A DNA stretch of 64,000 nt. Source: Podarcis cretensis. Lineage: Eukaryota. This document shows, piece after piece, positions 1 through 12,670 of the stretch. A program made the position numbers and the translations under genes. Within the stretch, counting starts at the first letter, position 1, and each line of letters opens with the position of its first letter. The stretch spans positions 35,402,001-35,466,000 of the forward strand of contig OX638155.1 in assembly GCA_951804945.1 (NCBI GenBank). Direction: 5' to 3'. The notes beneath the pieces were generated by a model, which searched no databases, had not been told where the DNA came from, and worked only from the letters and a program-made list of their open reading frames with translations.

Positions 1-69
1 CTCTGCATGCAGAGGGGGCCAGGATGAATCTCTTGCACCCCCCAGTGGAAAGGCTCAGGGGAGAAGCCA

Positions 70-392
70 CTGGGAAAGACCTTGTGTTTGAAACCCTGGA
101 GAACTGCTCCCAGTCACAGTAGACAGTGCTGGGCTATCCAGACAGACATAGGGTTGCCATATTTCAAAAAATCCAACCCCCCAAATTGTGATTTTAAGCT
201 TTCTGGGCTGTTTCTGCTGCTTCTTCCACTGTGTTGCCATACATCCAGGTTAACCCTGACATTTTGCAAATTTGGCAAAATTCGCCCCTGATGCCATTTT
301 TACACCCCAAAACCGGGACATATCAGAAATTTTCCTGATGTATGACAAGCCTAGACAGACAAAAAGACCAATCAGATAAAAGGCAGCTTCCT
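70..392 (+). mobile_element. Squam3-like tRNA SINE, 3' part, interrupted by a hAT MITE
   Basis: gaaaccctggagaactgctcccagtcacagtagacagtgctgggct...aaggcagcttcct matches the SINE body seen intact at 39070. Confidence 0.65.
149..353. mobile_element. hAT-type MITE (TAGGGTTGCCA TIR)
   Basis: TIRs tagggttgccata / tatgacaagccta; 8-bp TSD gacagaca (141-148, 354-361). Confidence 0.75.
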
Positions 393-1704
393 CTGCTCCT
401 GTATATCTTGTTTTCCATTCAACAACACAATATCAAGTTCTTTATCTCCCTCCTCTTGCTTTGTCTAGTCTTTCAGGTCAATATACATAAAATATATGGA
501 TCAGACTCAATTCAAATAGCCACTTTTCAATGGCAAGGGAAATACTGCTCTTTTACTGAAACTTAATACACCTGCAGTGCCCTCTCTGCTTTTTCCATCA
601 CAAGGGTCTTCTCATGAGAAACCCAGCCTTGATGGGTTCCATAGACATTGCAATGGGAGTTCATCATAAATAATTTCTGGAACAGAATCTTCCATATGCA
701 CACTTACTGAGACATTATATCATGCCGGCAGTGCAAGTGGGATTCATGGCAAATGGCAGAACGCAACAGCCGATGGAGTTATTTTCTTGGTTTCATGCAC
801 TTGACAAAAAGCTTGGAATGGATCGACCATGGTCACCAGGGGGGATGTATTGTGGTTACACCTTCAACTTGCTAAATGCCAATAAACTTTAAGGTGAAGG
901 AGTGCATTATTAGATCATGCACCATTAAGAAAAAGAGAGTGCACTGATTTAGACCTGCTGGCCTCATTACAGTGAAGAACACCAGATTTGTAATCCCTGT
1001 GCAGCTGTTGATAACTTGCAACTTTTCTGATTAATACAAAGATTCTGACATGTAAGTACTTGTAATGGAAATTGCAGAAGACCAACATGATCTCAAGGAG
1101 TTAGTGTGGTGTATTGCAATTATTCTCTTCAGTGCTTAGTTCTCCAATTCTTTTCCCCATTTCTCCCCTGTTATAAAACTGCGGTGGAAAGCTTTCTGGA
1201 CAGCTTCAGGCAACTCCTTATCTAGGAGTCTTTCACGGCCAGGAGTCACCTGCATTCTCAAGGACAGTGGCTGCTTGCATTGTGCTTGGCAGACCCTCCA
1301 AGGCCAGTGTCTACCTACCTTCTCTGATGAATCTACCTAGGTACTGTAGTCCAAGATCTCAAAGTTAGTATCTATCACCTAGTCACCATACAGCAGAACC
1401 TCAAGGTCACCGTACAGCAAGGCCAGCCATCTATTGGAGGGACCTCGTGTCAACTCATATAGCCTTTGGGAAGATGTGTGCTTACTTAGTGTGAAGCCTT
1501 TTAGTATAAATAAAGGTAGGGGAACTTTGTTTAGTGAACCTCAATGCAGATCAGGGAAGCCAACTTGTTGCCATTTTTCAGGGTTCACCTTGAACCTGGC
1601 CTAGTAGTGAATCAGCAGTCACATATACCCATAACCCACAGAACAGCATTGATAGAAATCCAACCAAACAGTTTCCCTTGAAGAATTGCACAGTAAATTT
1701 TGGA

Positions 1705-1885
1705 CATGCAGCTGTGAGTAGGAAGGCTGTTCAGATTTTGCCTCTGCCACAAACTCACTAGGTAGCCTTAGGCACACAACTATTATTATCTCTGCTGCAA
1801 TATAGAGATAATAGCACTGACTTAACTTACAGATTTGTCCTACGAAGATAATGCATTGAATGCTCTAACACTAAGTATTCTGATT
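1705..1885 (+). mobile_element. Ancient CORE-SINE (MIR-like), degenerate
   Basis: ctctgccacaaactcactaggtagccttaggca...gcaatatagagataatagcactgac resembles the CORE-SINE body. Confidence 0.45.
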
Positions 1886-3924
1886 GCTGTGTAAGAAGCC
1901 ATTTCAAAAATCTAAAAGCTGTTATTTGGCACTCACTGATGTGTATATAGCCTATATATTTTTACTCATGATGTGAGTGAATCCATGCCTTATATCTATA
2001 CCTAATTGTGATCAATAATGTTTACAGGAATTTTGGCTTGCAGAGTGCTTTACAACTCTTCTTAATTTCTATTCATAATGCATGGAGGTGATCAAATGCA
2101 GCTGCTCGCATATGCTATAGAAAAAAGGAAGGGGGGAATTTTGAAAAGACTAGTCATCCACAAAGACACTCCACATGGTGGCATGCTGCTATTGAACTTT
2201 AATTATGTCTGTGATCACTTTGGAGAATCTAATGCATTGTATAAATTGCTAACCAACACACAATTCTGATGTGTGTGGTTTTTATTCTTTTTAATCATTG
2301 TAGAGAATTAAGGTGAATAGCTTTCACAGCAAGCTTCTGTGCCATAATGGGGGGTTGAATGGGTAGACACTGAATGGGTAGACACTTCATAGTCCATTTT
2401 GACAGATTCCCCTAACATCCTAGTCATTAAGCAGCAAAATGTATTGCATGTGCCCCAAGGAGGGAGATGCTGGCTCCCCGCTTTCATCCTCCCAATACGG
2501 AGGCTCTTGGCCAGATATGGAATCGTAGTCTCAGTGTAGCACTGCCAAAGCCAGGATTTACAGATAACTAGCAAATTGGCATCTTGTTCACTGAGATAAA
2601 CTAGGCAGTACTACACACAAGGAGATTATCCCCAGTTGGGAGGTGGGAAAAGATGGCATCCAAGTGATTTGTATCTGTTTCTTACATTTCAGCATCATGT
2701 CGAAACTGGACTTGGACAACACAGTCCTTCAGATATTGGACTGTCTTCCGGAAAGTACAAGTTCTGAGGCTTACAGCATTAAAAAAAACCCCAAAAAACA
2801 GGTTGCAAACCAAAACCTTGGGAAGCCCTTGATTTCAAGAGGCGAATAAGGCATTAAAATAAAGAGAATGCAGGGCCCTCTGCTGAAATGTCCCTTTTCT
2901 GCTAAATTATCTCATATCCTTATAGGATAAGGGATAAATTATATTGGGGGGGGGGTATTGAAATCATGCACCTCTCACAGACCAATGAAACTCCTTGTGC
3001 TCTGAATGGAGAAGAACAGCCACGGTGTACATAAACAGTTGAGTACATCTTCTGCCACCTATTAGTGACTCCAAACAATCAGGGTACATCCAGGAAGCTG
3101 CCAGCAGAAACATCAGGACATTATTAAATATTATTCATTACCTTCCATGGAAAAGGAAAAAAAAAAGAGAGACTCCTTAATCCTTCGTCTGCAGTCCAAG
3201 AAAGCATTGTAGTGTCCCTTGGGGATTTTTGTTCTCTCCTTTAGAAGCCTTAGGTTTTGGCTCACTGTTAGGTTCATGGATAGAACTGGCCCGTTGTTGC
3301 ATTTTGTTTTCCAACAAGGTAATGCCTTGCTGCAGGGATGGGCAGAAGGAAGACTGGGATCTATTGCTTGAGTGATTTGCAAGAGCCTGAAAGGGTTTCT
3401 GACTCCTAATGGATTAACAATAGCAAGTCAAATGGAAAGGGTTTTTGTTGCTGCTTAAATCTTCGTTGCTGGCCTTGTGCCAGTCATTTATCTCTTAACC
3501 TCAATGTTTGTCATCTTAAAATAAAATTATTTTTTTAGTTTATTGCATTTGACCAGGTCTTTTGAGAGTTATGTGTTGGAATCCATGATTTACCATACTT
3601 CAGATGTATGTTTGTATTAGTATATCCAGTGTGTAGGGTGCAGCAGGTAATTGAATCCCCCCCCCCCCACATCTTGCACCTTCCTCTTGGCAGGGTCTGG
3701 TAAAAAAAACAAAGTAGATCGTACAAACCCAATTTCTCTCCAGCCCTGCATAGAATCAACTTCAAGTATCATCTCAAATGCCTCAGTTCAGCAAAGAAGA
3801 TCTGCATGTGTAAAGAGCAAGTTTCTGCAAAAGCAGCTGAAGTATATCCAAAAACTGCATCATTATAACCAGACCCCATTGAGTTAGCGCCATACATTTT
3901 TTATTGTGCTTTAAATACTTTGTT

Positions 3925-3974
3925 CAGAGCTGCCCAGAGTGGCTGGGGCAACCTAGTGGCATATAAATAATAAG

Positions 3975-4025
<51 letters not shown>
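3925..4025 (+). mobile_element. L2 3' tail with (ATT)n microsatellite
   Basis: gctgcccagagtggctggggcaacc...ataaataataa followed by about 16 ATT units; same tail as the L2 copies at 17935 and 58820. Confidence 0.7.
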
Positions 4026-4589
4026 TCACTCAAGTGGGGTTGCTTCTTCCTGAGCAACTAGTTGTTGTGTTAGAAGTAACTTAGATTGTGCCTTTATAAC
4101 AGAGTCTATTAAACAATAGATAGTCTAAGTGTCATACTAATTTTGCCATAACATAAATTCAACATGATTTTAATTATAGATGCAAGACAACCATTTTCCA
4201 GATACTTTTTTTTTATGGAAATCTGTATCAGAACTGGGTTGTTTTTTTTTTAAGTCCCCTTTGTCAAGTAACTGTACCAAGATTAATATGAAAAGAAAAA
4301 TCAGCTAATGAATGAAAGCTGATTTACACAGCCCCCCTGATCTTTTATAATAGTGGTGGTATACAGCATGGCTTACATCCTTGAGCATCATCCTTGAGCA
4401 TTGGTCATCCTGGCTGGGGCTGAAATGAGCTGTAGCCCAACAATATATGGAGGGCTATTGATTCCCAATCCCCATCTTACATCATCATAGCCAAAGCTGC
4501 ACCTTATGCAAGATAAGCAACTCCAGTTTGTTTTGATCTGTTCTTCATAATTTGCCGATCCATTGATACACTTGGGAGGGGGCTTCATT

Positions 4590-4740
4590 CAGTGGCAAAG
4601 CACACACAGAAGGTACAAGATGCAGCCCTTGGTCTCTCCTGTTAAGAAGAACCAGGTAGAAGTGCTGGGAATGAGCCTCTCCTGAGACCCTGGAGACCCT
4701 GTAGAAGATACTGAGCCAACTGGACCAATGATCTGATTCA
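4590..4740 (+). mobile_element. Squam3-like SINE (degenerate)
   Basis: ctgagaccctggagac...atactgagccaactggaccaatgatctgattca. Confidence 0.55.
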
Positions 4741-4925
4741 GGCCACATTCACACCAAACTCTTAAAGCACTATGATACATGGTTTCCCCCAAAGAATTCT
4801 GGAAGCTGTAGTTTGCTAAGGCAGCTGAGAGTTGTTAGGAGACCTATTCTCCCCTCCCAGAGCTACAATTCCCAGAATGGTTTAACAATCAACCCCTCTT
4901 CACAAGGAACTCCAGGAATTGTAAT
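4741..4925. mobile_element. Non-autonomous DNA element (ggccacattcacacc family); related copies at ~18655-18825, 22735-23070 and 57300-57420
   Basis: Shared motifs cacaccatacatttaaagcac / ctgggaactgtagtttgttaagg recur at four places in the window. Confidence 0.55.
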
Positions 4926-5696
4926 AAAGAATAATCAGAGTAGACTTATTTAAATTAATGGATTCATGTTACTTACATCTATGGCTCTTAATGAGTCTAC
5001 CATAAGTATGACTTAGTTGGATATCACTATCCAACTATCTAAAGAGACTTAATTGTTGTTTTTCAGCCCTTGTTGTAAGGACTATTTTATTGACACCACC
5101 ACCGGAGCAGAAAAGCTCTGCTGATATCTGATAGTGTATTCCAGGATCTGGTGTGTTTATGGATATTATGATAAAATGAAAGGAAAGGAATAAAAAGAAG
5201 CCTGTATGTTTACAAAGTGATATGGTAGCCTTACAAACTCTTTTCTTTGGCTGCTGGTCGTACCATGTGGAACTAATGACTGCATAGCTTATGTAATGTT
5301 AGAGCAATATTTAAGATTTACCCTCTGAAATGCTTCTGATTACTCCATGTCATCCTTAATGAATAGTTTCTGATTTAAAATTCCAAATTAGTTGTTCATT
5401 TTCTTGGCTCCAGTCCAGAGCCAAAGTTAGTTATGTGTGCAAAAGTCCTGCCGAAACTGATGGGACAAACAGGCGTGCCTGTGGCTTGCTGACATCCCAT
5501 TGGTTTTCAAAGGATTTAAGCATGACTAACGTAACCTGGATTGGAGATCTAACATATGGTTGCTCCACATTTGCTGCTATATCAAATATGCTATGTGGCA
5601 ATTGCCTCTCAAAAAGGCTTGTGTTGAGGGCGGGGTTTGCATAAGCTTTTGTAGGCAACATTTTATTGGTACCATGGAAGCTGGAGGTATGATAGG

Positions 5697-6062
5697 TAAA
5701 GGTAAAGGGACCCCTGACCATTAAGTCCAGTTGTGGACAACTATGGGGTTGTGGCGCTCATCTCACTTTACTGGCCAAGGGAGCCGGTGTTTGTCAGCAG
5801 ACAGCTTCTGGCTCATGTGGCCAAAATGACTAAGCCACTTCTGGCAAAGCAGAGCAGCACATGGAAACACCTTCCCACCAGAGCAGTACCTATTTATTTA
5901 CTTGCACTTTGACATGCTTTCGAACTGCTAGGTTGGCAGGAGCAGGGACTGAAGAACGGGAGCTCACCCCGTTGCGGGGATTTGAACCACCGACCTTCTG
6001 ATCGACCTTCTGATTGGCAAGCCCTAGGCTCTGTGGTTTAGACCACAGCGCCACCCGTGTCC
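5697..6062 (-). mobile_element. Sauria SINE, full length
   Basis: (ggtaaa)n tail and Sauria SINE body. 16-bp TSD ctggaggtatgatagg (5681-5696, 6063-6078). Internal 12-bp duplication cgaccttctgat. Confidence 0.95.
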
Positions 6063-7310
6063 CTGGAGGTATGATAGGCCTCTTAAATACACTAACCATG
6101 GTATTTGGGTAGGATCTTTGTCTTGTACCTTGCAGATGTTCCTGTTTGCCATTGGAAAGGAAATCAAATAACTGTCTTTAAGAAATACACAAGGATCGTA
6201 TTAAGCACCACCACTGAATATTTCTTGGGGTTTGTGGGGGCAGGGGTGGGACGGTATTCTGCAACAGGTCATTGACACAATAATAGTTAATTGGTGGGGG
6301 ATATGTGTATACTGGCCCCCACATCATTTTGCTCAGCAATGGTTCCATAGCGTTATTCCATTATTGCCATTTGGAGGGGGAGCACTTACACTATATATGG
6401 TTTTAAAAGTCACATGATTTCTGCAAGAGGCTAATAGTTTGCCTGTCCTGAAACGTTTGCAGGCTCAAGCAGCACTGAAAGTAGCATAGCCACCCCAATA
6501 TCACCACAAGCATAAACTATCATGAATGCACAATAAAAAGGATGTCTGGAGGGGCCCAGAGTTTTATCATGTGGAAAAGTCATTCTTATCCCACAAAGGT
6601 GGCTACTGATGGATCAAAAAGAGGAAATGTCTCCCCCCCAAAAAAAAAAGATGACAAAAGAGAATGCAGATTTGCATGAAAAGTGCATGTCCTTTTTTGC
6701 ATACATAGTTGCACATTTACAAGTAATTACCATAATTTAAATAGAAACACAACATCTCACCATTGTATGGAAGATTGTGATCAGGTGACTTGGGTTTCTG
6801 TTCAGTTTGCAGTCAAGGTGCTAACTGTTGATGGGCATTGCATATCCAAGTGCGACTGGTGCCTAGTTGATGATTTGCCAGTGTAGATTGCGTTGATTGA
6901 TTTCTTGCATTTCTTGTACTTTTATTGCATCATTATTTTTTGCATTAATGTTCAGCTTACCACTTTAGGGGCCTTTGGGCCCCAAAGTAGTGTATAAACA
7001 ACACAACTTCAAAGGTCCTGTTCTTTATTCTTACAATATATGTGTACATACTGTGTAATATTAGCTCTCCCAATAGAGGGCTGACCTATGTTAAGCCACC
7101 CTATGGCAACATGAGTTTGAATGCCTGATTCAAGTTTTATTTCTGGTCTCCAGGCAATGGGACTTTGTAAGACCTCACTCTTCTTGTTGAATGAATTGTC
7201 TGGCTACACAACTTGAGATGCTGCATATAAACTGATAAGGAAGCAAGAGTGATGGTCCCTTCCAACTCTATGATATGCAAGATCTGTGATTCAAGATGAT
7301 GCAGCTAAAG

Positions 7311-7700
7311 CAGGGGTCAGCAAACTTACCGCACCTTGGGCCAGTGTCACCAGTGCTGATCGCATGGCGGGCCAGAGGGCAGGGGAGCGCATGCCCATAT
7401 GTGTGCACATATGTTATTTCCGGCGCACTTCTGGGTCGGAGGAGCACCGGAAATAGCTTGTGCGCATGTGCACAGGCCTCCTCCGACCCGGATGTGCACC
7501 GGAAATAACGCTTGCACATGCGCAAATAATGCTTGCACATGCACACAAGCTCTTTCCAGTGCTCCTCCGACCCAGAAGTGGGCAGCCACGCAGTGCAGCA
7601 CTGGTAAGAGCAGGCAGCAGGCGGTGGGGGTCGCCGCGGTCTGGATAAACAAGTCCCTCGGGCCTTATCTGGCCCGCGGGCCTTAGTTTGGGGACCCCTG
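7311..7700. mobile_element. hAT (Charlie/Buster-like) MITE, CpG-rich
   Basis: TIRs CAGGGGTCAGCAAACT / CAGGGGTCCCCAAACT; 8-bp TSD agctaaag (7303-7310, 7701-7708) with central TA. Confidence 0.9.
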
Positions 7701-8422
7701 AGCTAAAGCAATCTGTCCCCATCCTGTTCTTCGCCTGGCTCCTGTGTCCACTCTCTACCTGCACTAAGGTCAAAGCAGATTTAAGTTTGTTGTAAAGGCA
7801 TGAGTAAAAGAACTGCAACAAACAGAATGAAGAATCAACAACGTGGGAGAAGCCACAGCAACACAATCTCATGCTTTATCAATAGAGCCCATAAAGGTGA
7901 ACAGGGCACTGTTTCACCAACATCAATATGCCCACCTGCCTGCCATCTTACAACCAATCAGAGGGTGGCTCTGCCTGTCAATGGCCCTGGCTCCGCCTCC
8001 TGCTGGTCTCCCTACCTTCTGCCTGACTAATCCCAATGGGCAAAGTCACCACTGAACTTTACGCAAACAGACAGTCTTAGTGGCTGCTATATGTAGCAAA
8101 AAGCATAGACTGGAGATGTATACTGTATCTCACCAGTCATGTGAGCTGATGCAAATTAGGAAAATGTATTAGATTTGGATAATTGTCTTTTGTTGGATGA
8201 TTGTTTAGTTAAATAAAGCAAGGGATTTTTTTTTAAAAAAGCTTGAAGTTTAATATTTTTCAAACTTAATTTTTGCCATTTTCAGCCAATGAACCTGCCC
8301 ACTGGAATACAAGGGAAATGAATAAATACATTTTTTTGGGGGGGGGGGGGGAGAATGGCTTTGATTATGTAGTAGAAATAACCTCCAGGCCCCTCATGAA
8401 AGAAGTACATTTATTTACAATT

Positions 8423-8510
8423 TGGCTTGATTTTCAAAGGTGTTGAGCACTTAACTCTCACTATTGTCCATGTAAATAGTGGCTGGTCAAAGTCTTTGAA
8501 AATCAGGCCA
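8423..8510. mobile_element. Old palindromic MITE
   Basis: Inverted ends tggcttgattttcaaag / ctttgaaaatcaggcca. Confidence 0.55.
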
Positions 8511-9484
8511 AAATTGCCTTTAGACATTCATCTCTTCAGGGCAGGCTTTTGATGGTTGTTTGATAAGTGTGCTGTAGCACTGTCTCCCCAGACAGCAATA
8601 TATGAGTAATAATAATAATAGCTAGCAGATTGGGGCAAAGAGTTAGGGACATTTGATGTGGTTCTGCAAGGGCTTTCATGGTGCATTTTATTTCTTTTCA
8701 ACAAAAATAAGCTCTTGTTTTACAGGCAATATACTAGCGGAGCATGATAGAAGCAAGATGCCTGAAAACAATTTGGAAACAGGAAGGTGTTTGCCTGCTC
8801 ATGTGCAACTTGGATACTTTTCCATAATTTTTGATTTCATTTTCTCGAAATAACTCGAATAAAACGCTGCCAACTGGCAGCCTCGGCAAACTAAGAAGGG
8901 CTTGTTTGCTTGCAATTACTTTTGTATCACGATGCCAAATGACCAGCGTATTTCACTTTAAGTACATCCATATGCGAGCATAGAGACATACCTGCCAACC
9001 AGAAGTCGCCACTTTGTTCTTTCGATCTTGTCTCTTTTGTGGCGTCTGCACATGGCAAGTGGCTCAAGCAGAGTGGCAGGCAGGCAGGCATGCAGGGCAG
9101 GCACAGCTCCTTGTTGGATTGGGCCCTGCAAGTGAAACAGAGCTGAAAGGAGATAGCCGAGAGGAAGTGCAAGGGATGAGCCCCGACATAAGCCAGTGAG
9201 CCAATATTTTTACTACAGGGATGGGAAATGGTGGTGGCCCTCCAGACTCCCATCAGCCCAAGCCACCATAGCTGAGGAGAGCTGGAGCCCAACATCTGAA
9301 GCGGCACAGGTTCTCCTGCCCCCAGTGGGTAGCCTGTAAGATACAAGAAGCAGGCAAAGTCTTAGAAAGCATTGTAGGGTGATTGGCTGTATGTGGTCAG
9401 CTGACACTGACGATGCCAGTGCAGATTGTGGCTGAGATGGGGCAATTTCCCTGCTCTGTACTTAGATTATGGAATATTAGAGAC

Positions 9485-9620
9485 ACGAGGAACCTGTGGT
9501 CACCCAGATGTTCTTGGACTACAACTCTCATCACCTCCTGACCGCTGGGCATGCAGGCTGGAGCTGATGGGAGTTGGAGTCCAACAACATTTGGAGGACC
9601 ACCAGTTCCTCATCTCCAGG
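9485..9620. mobile_element. Palindromic hAT-type MITE family; other copies at ~4380-4470, 9217-9325, 21023-21125, 32650-32745 and 42770-42900
   Basis: ccagatgttcttggactacaactctcatca...tgatgggagttggagtccaacaacatttgg palindrome; same family as the TSD-flanked copy at 52027. Confidence 0.7.
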
Positions 9621-9784
9621 CTATTGTCGCACCAGGAGCCTGGGTGATGCAGAGAGAAGCGTGGATTTTTGGAAACCTCATCTGGGAGCATGGTTTCCAG
9701 CGCTGCCTTACTTTCCAATGCCAACTAATTGGAAACAGATGGTTCTTTGCCATGCAATGGCTGCTTTAGAAATTGTGTGGCAGC

Positions 9785-11910
9785 GACTTCTGGGTTAGCG
9801 CCATTGGCAATGGCGGAATTCCTCTGATCCAGAGGAACCCGCTCCGTGAAAATTGGGTCTTGCCGCCGCGGTGAAGGCGGAGACCCTTTAAAAATCCCAG
9901 GCGGAGGAAGCCTGGGAACGTGGGATTCGGCTGACACCAGGAGCGCCCCCCCTACACGCAAGGAAACCCCTTTTTCGGGGATCCGAAGCGACGTGGGGTG
10001 AGCGGCGCGGTGTTTTGAATCGACCGCTATTTTTACGGAGTGAAGCCGCACAGCCGTTGCCGGAGAGCGCTGACTTTTTCCTGGGGACAATTGGACTCTA
10101 AACAAGTACCCGTGAGTAGAACGGAAAATTGGGCTAAGAAACACTTTAATTTGGCACTCAGCAGGAAGGTTCTAAACAGGAAGTCCGCCTTCCGCTTTTG
10201 TAAATAGTCTGAAGCAAAAATCGTGCAAGCCAAAGTCTGGAAAGTTGTACATAAAGGTTTTAAATTCCTCCTGTTTTGATCATCTAAACCCCTCTTGGAA
10301 GCAGGAGTAAAGAGGGGAAATTTGATTGTTCAAGCCTGCAGGAGAGAGAGTAAAGAAAGATAAATTTCCACCATCTCAGACCTGGGAACGGGGTGTCAGA
10401 GACGGAGATTTTTGGTGAAGTTCATTGACTGTGAATGGAACATCTTTTGACAGTTAGTTGAAGAAGAGAAACAAATTGATTCCAATGTTGCCTTTTGCAT
10501 TTAAAAGAAACAAAAAATCCAAAAAATGAAAGTAATTTTTCTTTGTTGGATCTGCTTTTAAAAGATGGATACAAATAGAAATTGCCTCCTCTAGAGGGAG
10601 TTTGTTAAATTGTTGCTGGAGTCGTTCTGGGGATTTTACAGCTGTGGAGATTAGGATCGTGGGACCAGACTGTGACCTTGAACAAAAATGTGTTTGGAAG
10701 AAGTTTTGGTGCTTGCTTTTTGCAAGACAAGCGCTTTGTTGGAGCAGATGCATGAGAAGATGGATTTGATGACTGTTGCAGTCAGAAACTTTGGACAAAC
10801 AGTGAATATGTATACAGAAACCATCCAGGAGCCAACTCAGGAATCTGTTTTGATAGAGCAAGTGCAAACGCAGAAGATAATGGAGGAGGCTGCTGTTGAA
10901 CCTCAAGTAATACAAATGGAGAGGCCCGAGGCCCTACAGGAGCATAAGCTATTGTTGTTGAAGGCTGAATTTGAAGTGGGCCAGGGGGGGTCTGGAGTTG
11001 TGGGGCCCCTTAAGTTTGGAGGGACTTTGAAACATGCTTTTAAATATTTTCTGGACTACACTGTTGATTGTGGGGAATGGGACTGTGGGGAATGGGCCGA
11101 TCTGCTGAGGAGAGATGGATATATTTTTGAGTTGGAACATCCCCGAGACCTACTCCTCAATGAGAAAGGAAAGAAATTAAGAAAGAGATCTACAAAAGAC
11201 AAGGTAAAGTGCAAGTACAAACAAGAAGAAGACCTGCAGAAGGGACATGGGAAAGACTTAAGAGCCTCAGATATAAGATTACCAGGTTCATGGACTAGAT
11301 GGAATGGACAGTAAGGACTGACATAACCCGAGACCAGGAAAAAGAGACGCTGGAGGAAGATTGGAAGAAAACTTTTAAAAAGTTATTTTGGGAATTAGTG
11401 TAAAATTAATGAGTATTAGGGAAAATGTTGGAATGAAAATATTTGGCTTTAGTAGAAATGTTATAAGGAATTATGTAAAAATAAATATTAAGTTTTAAGT
11501 CTTAAGGTATTTTTGGGAAGATAAGATTAAAATAAACTAAGGTAAACTGAATGACAGAATATAGTGAAAGATGGAAATGATTTGTTGAGTTAATTAATAG
11601 GTTAGACTGTTAAGACAAACTATTTAAAAAAAATTGAGAAGGATGGAAAGAATTTGCTGAAATAAATAACTAAACTAGAATACAAAAAGGGAGGTGTGAG
11701 GAGGTCGATGAAACAAGTTAATGAAAGATAAAGATATGGAATATTGTGTTTTTATTGTTATTGTTGTATTGATTTTTATGTTTCCCCCCCCTCTTTTAAG
11801 TATTGTTATATATGCTTTGAAAATTTTCTTTTGTTGTTGTTGCTTTCTTCTTTTTTCTTTCTCTGTAATTTTTGAAACTTCTAATAAATATCATTTAAAA
11901 AAAAGAAAAG
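9785..11910 (+). mobile_element. Non-autonomous L1-derived retrotransposon (HAL1-like or internally deleted L1), complete
   Basis: Perfect 16-bp TSD gaaattgtgtggcagc (9769-9784 and 11911-11926). L1-like 5' start GACTTCTGGG...AATGGCGG and CpG-rich 5'UTR. One 208-aa ORF, an ORF2 C-terminal vestige (RDQEKETLEEDWKK), AATAAA at 11883 and an A-rich tail. No EN or RT motifs. Confidence 0.85.
10688..11314 (+). CDS. 208-aa ORF of the L1-derived element (ORF1p-like, coiled-coil-type N-terminus)
   Basis: Longest ORF in the window, ATG-started. The N-half is E/Q/M/L-rich and heptad-like, and HPRDLLL resembles the ORF1p PR-x-hydrophobic motif (inference). Confidence 0.5.
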   Translation: MCLEEVLVLAFCKTSALLEQMHEKMDLMTVAVRNFGQTVNMYTETIQEPTQESVLIEQVQTQKIMEEAAVEPQVIQMERPEALQEHKLLLLKAEFEVGQGGSGVVGPLKFGGTLKHAFKYFLDYTVDCGEWDCGEWADLLRRDGYIFELEHPRDLLLNEKGKKLRKRSTKDKVKCKYKQEEDLQKGHGKDLRASDIRLPGSWTRWNGQ

Positions 11911-12338
11911 GAAATTGTGTGGCAGCTTCATGAGAAGAGGCAATAATCTGCAACCTCCAACTGTGCAGTAAGCCAAATCCTACCACTCTCTGAAATTGAA
12001 AGGAAACCAGGGGTGGATGGGAGAGCATTGAGATCGGATTCTTGTGCATGTGATGCTACAGAGGTGGGCAGTACATAGGTGCAAACCCCAACATAGATGA
12101 GGGGAAGCAGCTGGGGAAAGGGGTTGGAAGGGGAAGTCATCGGCAAAAGAAGAGTTATTATCTTTCCTTTGCATGCTGCTGTTTCTCCCTTGCAAATTGT
12201 GTTCTCCCCATAACCGCTTTGTAGCTTTTTACTGGTGTCTGAGATTCCAGGACCTGAATCTGCTGCTAAACATTTTTTTTATAACTTTTTTTTTTTAAGT
12301 GTGGGAGTATTTGGGACTATTTAATGTGTGGTTCATGA

Positions 12339-12670
12339 CAGTACGTTTCCTGGCACAATGCAAAGTGTTGGCGCTGACCTTTAAAGCCCTAAATGGCCTC
12401 AGCCCAGTATACCTGAAGGAGCGTCTTCACTCCCATCGTTCAGCCCGGATACTGAGGTCCAGTTCTGAGAGCCTTCTGGCGGTTCCCTCACTGCGAGAAG
12501 TGAAGGTGCAGGGAACCAGCAGAGGGCCTTCTCGGTAGTGGCGCCCGCCCTGTGGAACGCCCTCCCATCAGATGTCAAGGAAATAAACAACTATCTGACT
12601 TTTAGAAGACATCTGAAGGCAGCCCTGTTTAGGGAAGCTTTTAATATTTGATGAGTTATTGTATTTTAAT
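12339..12670 (+). mobile_element. L2 LINE fragment (RT C-terminus and start of 3'UTR)
   Basis: Encodes KVLALTFKALNGLSPVYLKERL; near-identical to the copy at 18064-18351. Confidence 0.9.

Noticed and set aside
1190-1540. Possible solo LTR (AATAAA at ~1509, internal short duplications)
   Set aside because: No TG...CA ends or TSD could be identified
2356-2385. 15-bp tandem duplication tgaatgggtagacac x2
   Set aside because: Ordinary slippage duplication
7268-7872. Cluster of overlapping 60-150 aa ORFs
   Set aside because: They arise from the GC-rich repetitive MITE and have no recognisable protein features
8725-8787. Exon-like segment after ttttacag (GNILAEHDRSKMPENNLETGR)
   Set aside because: Poor donor (gtgttt), no partner exons and no recognisable homology
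10454-10915. 153-aa minus-strand ORF
   Set aside because: Antisense shadow of the L1-derived ORF
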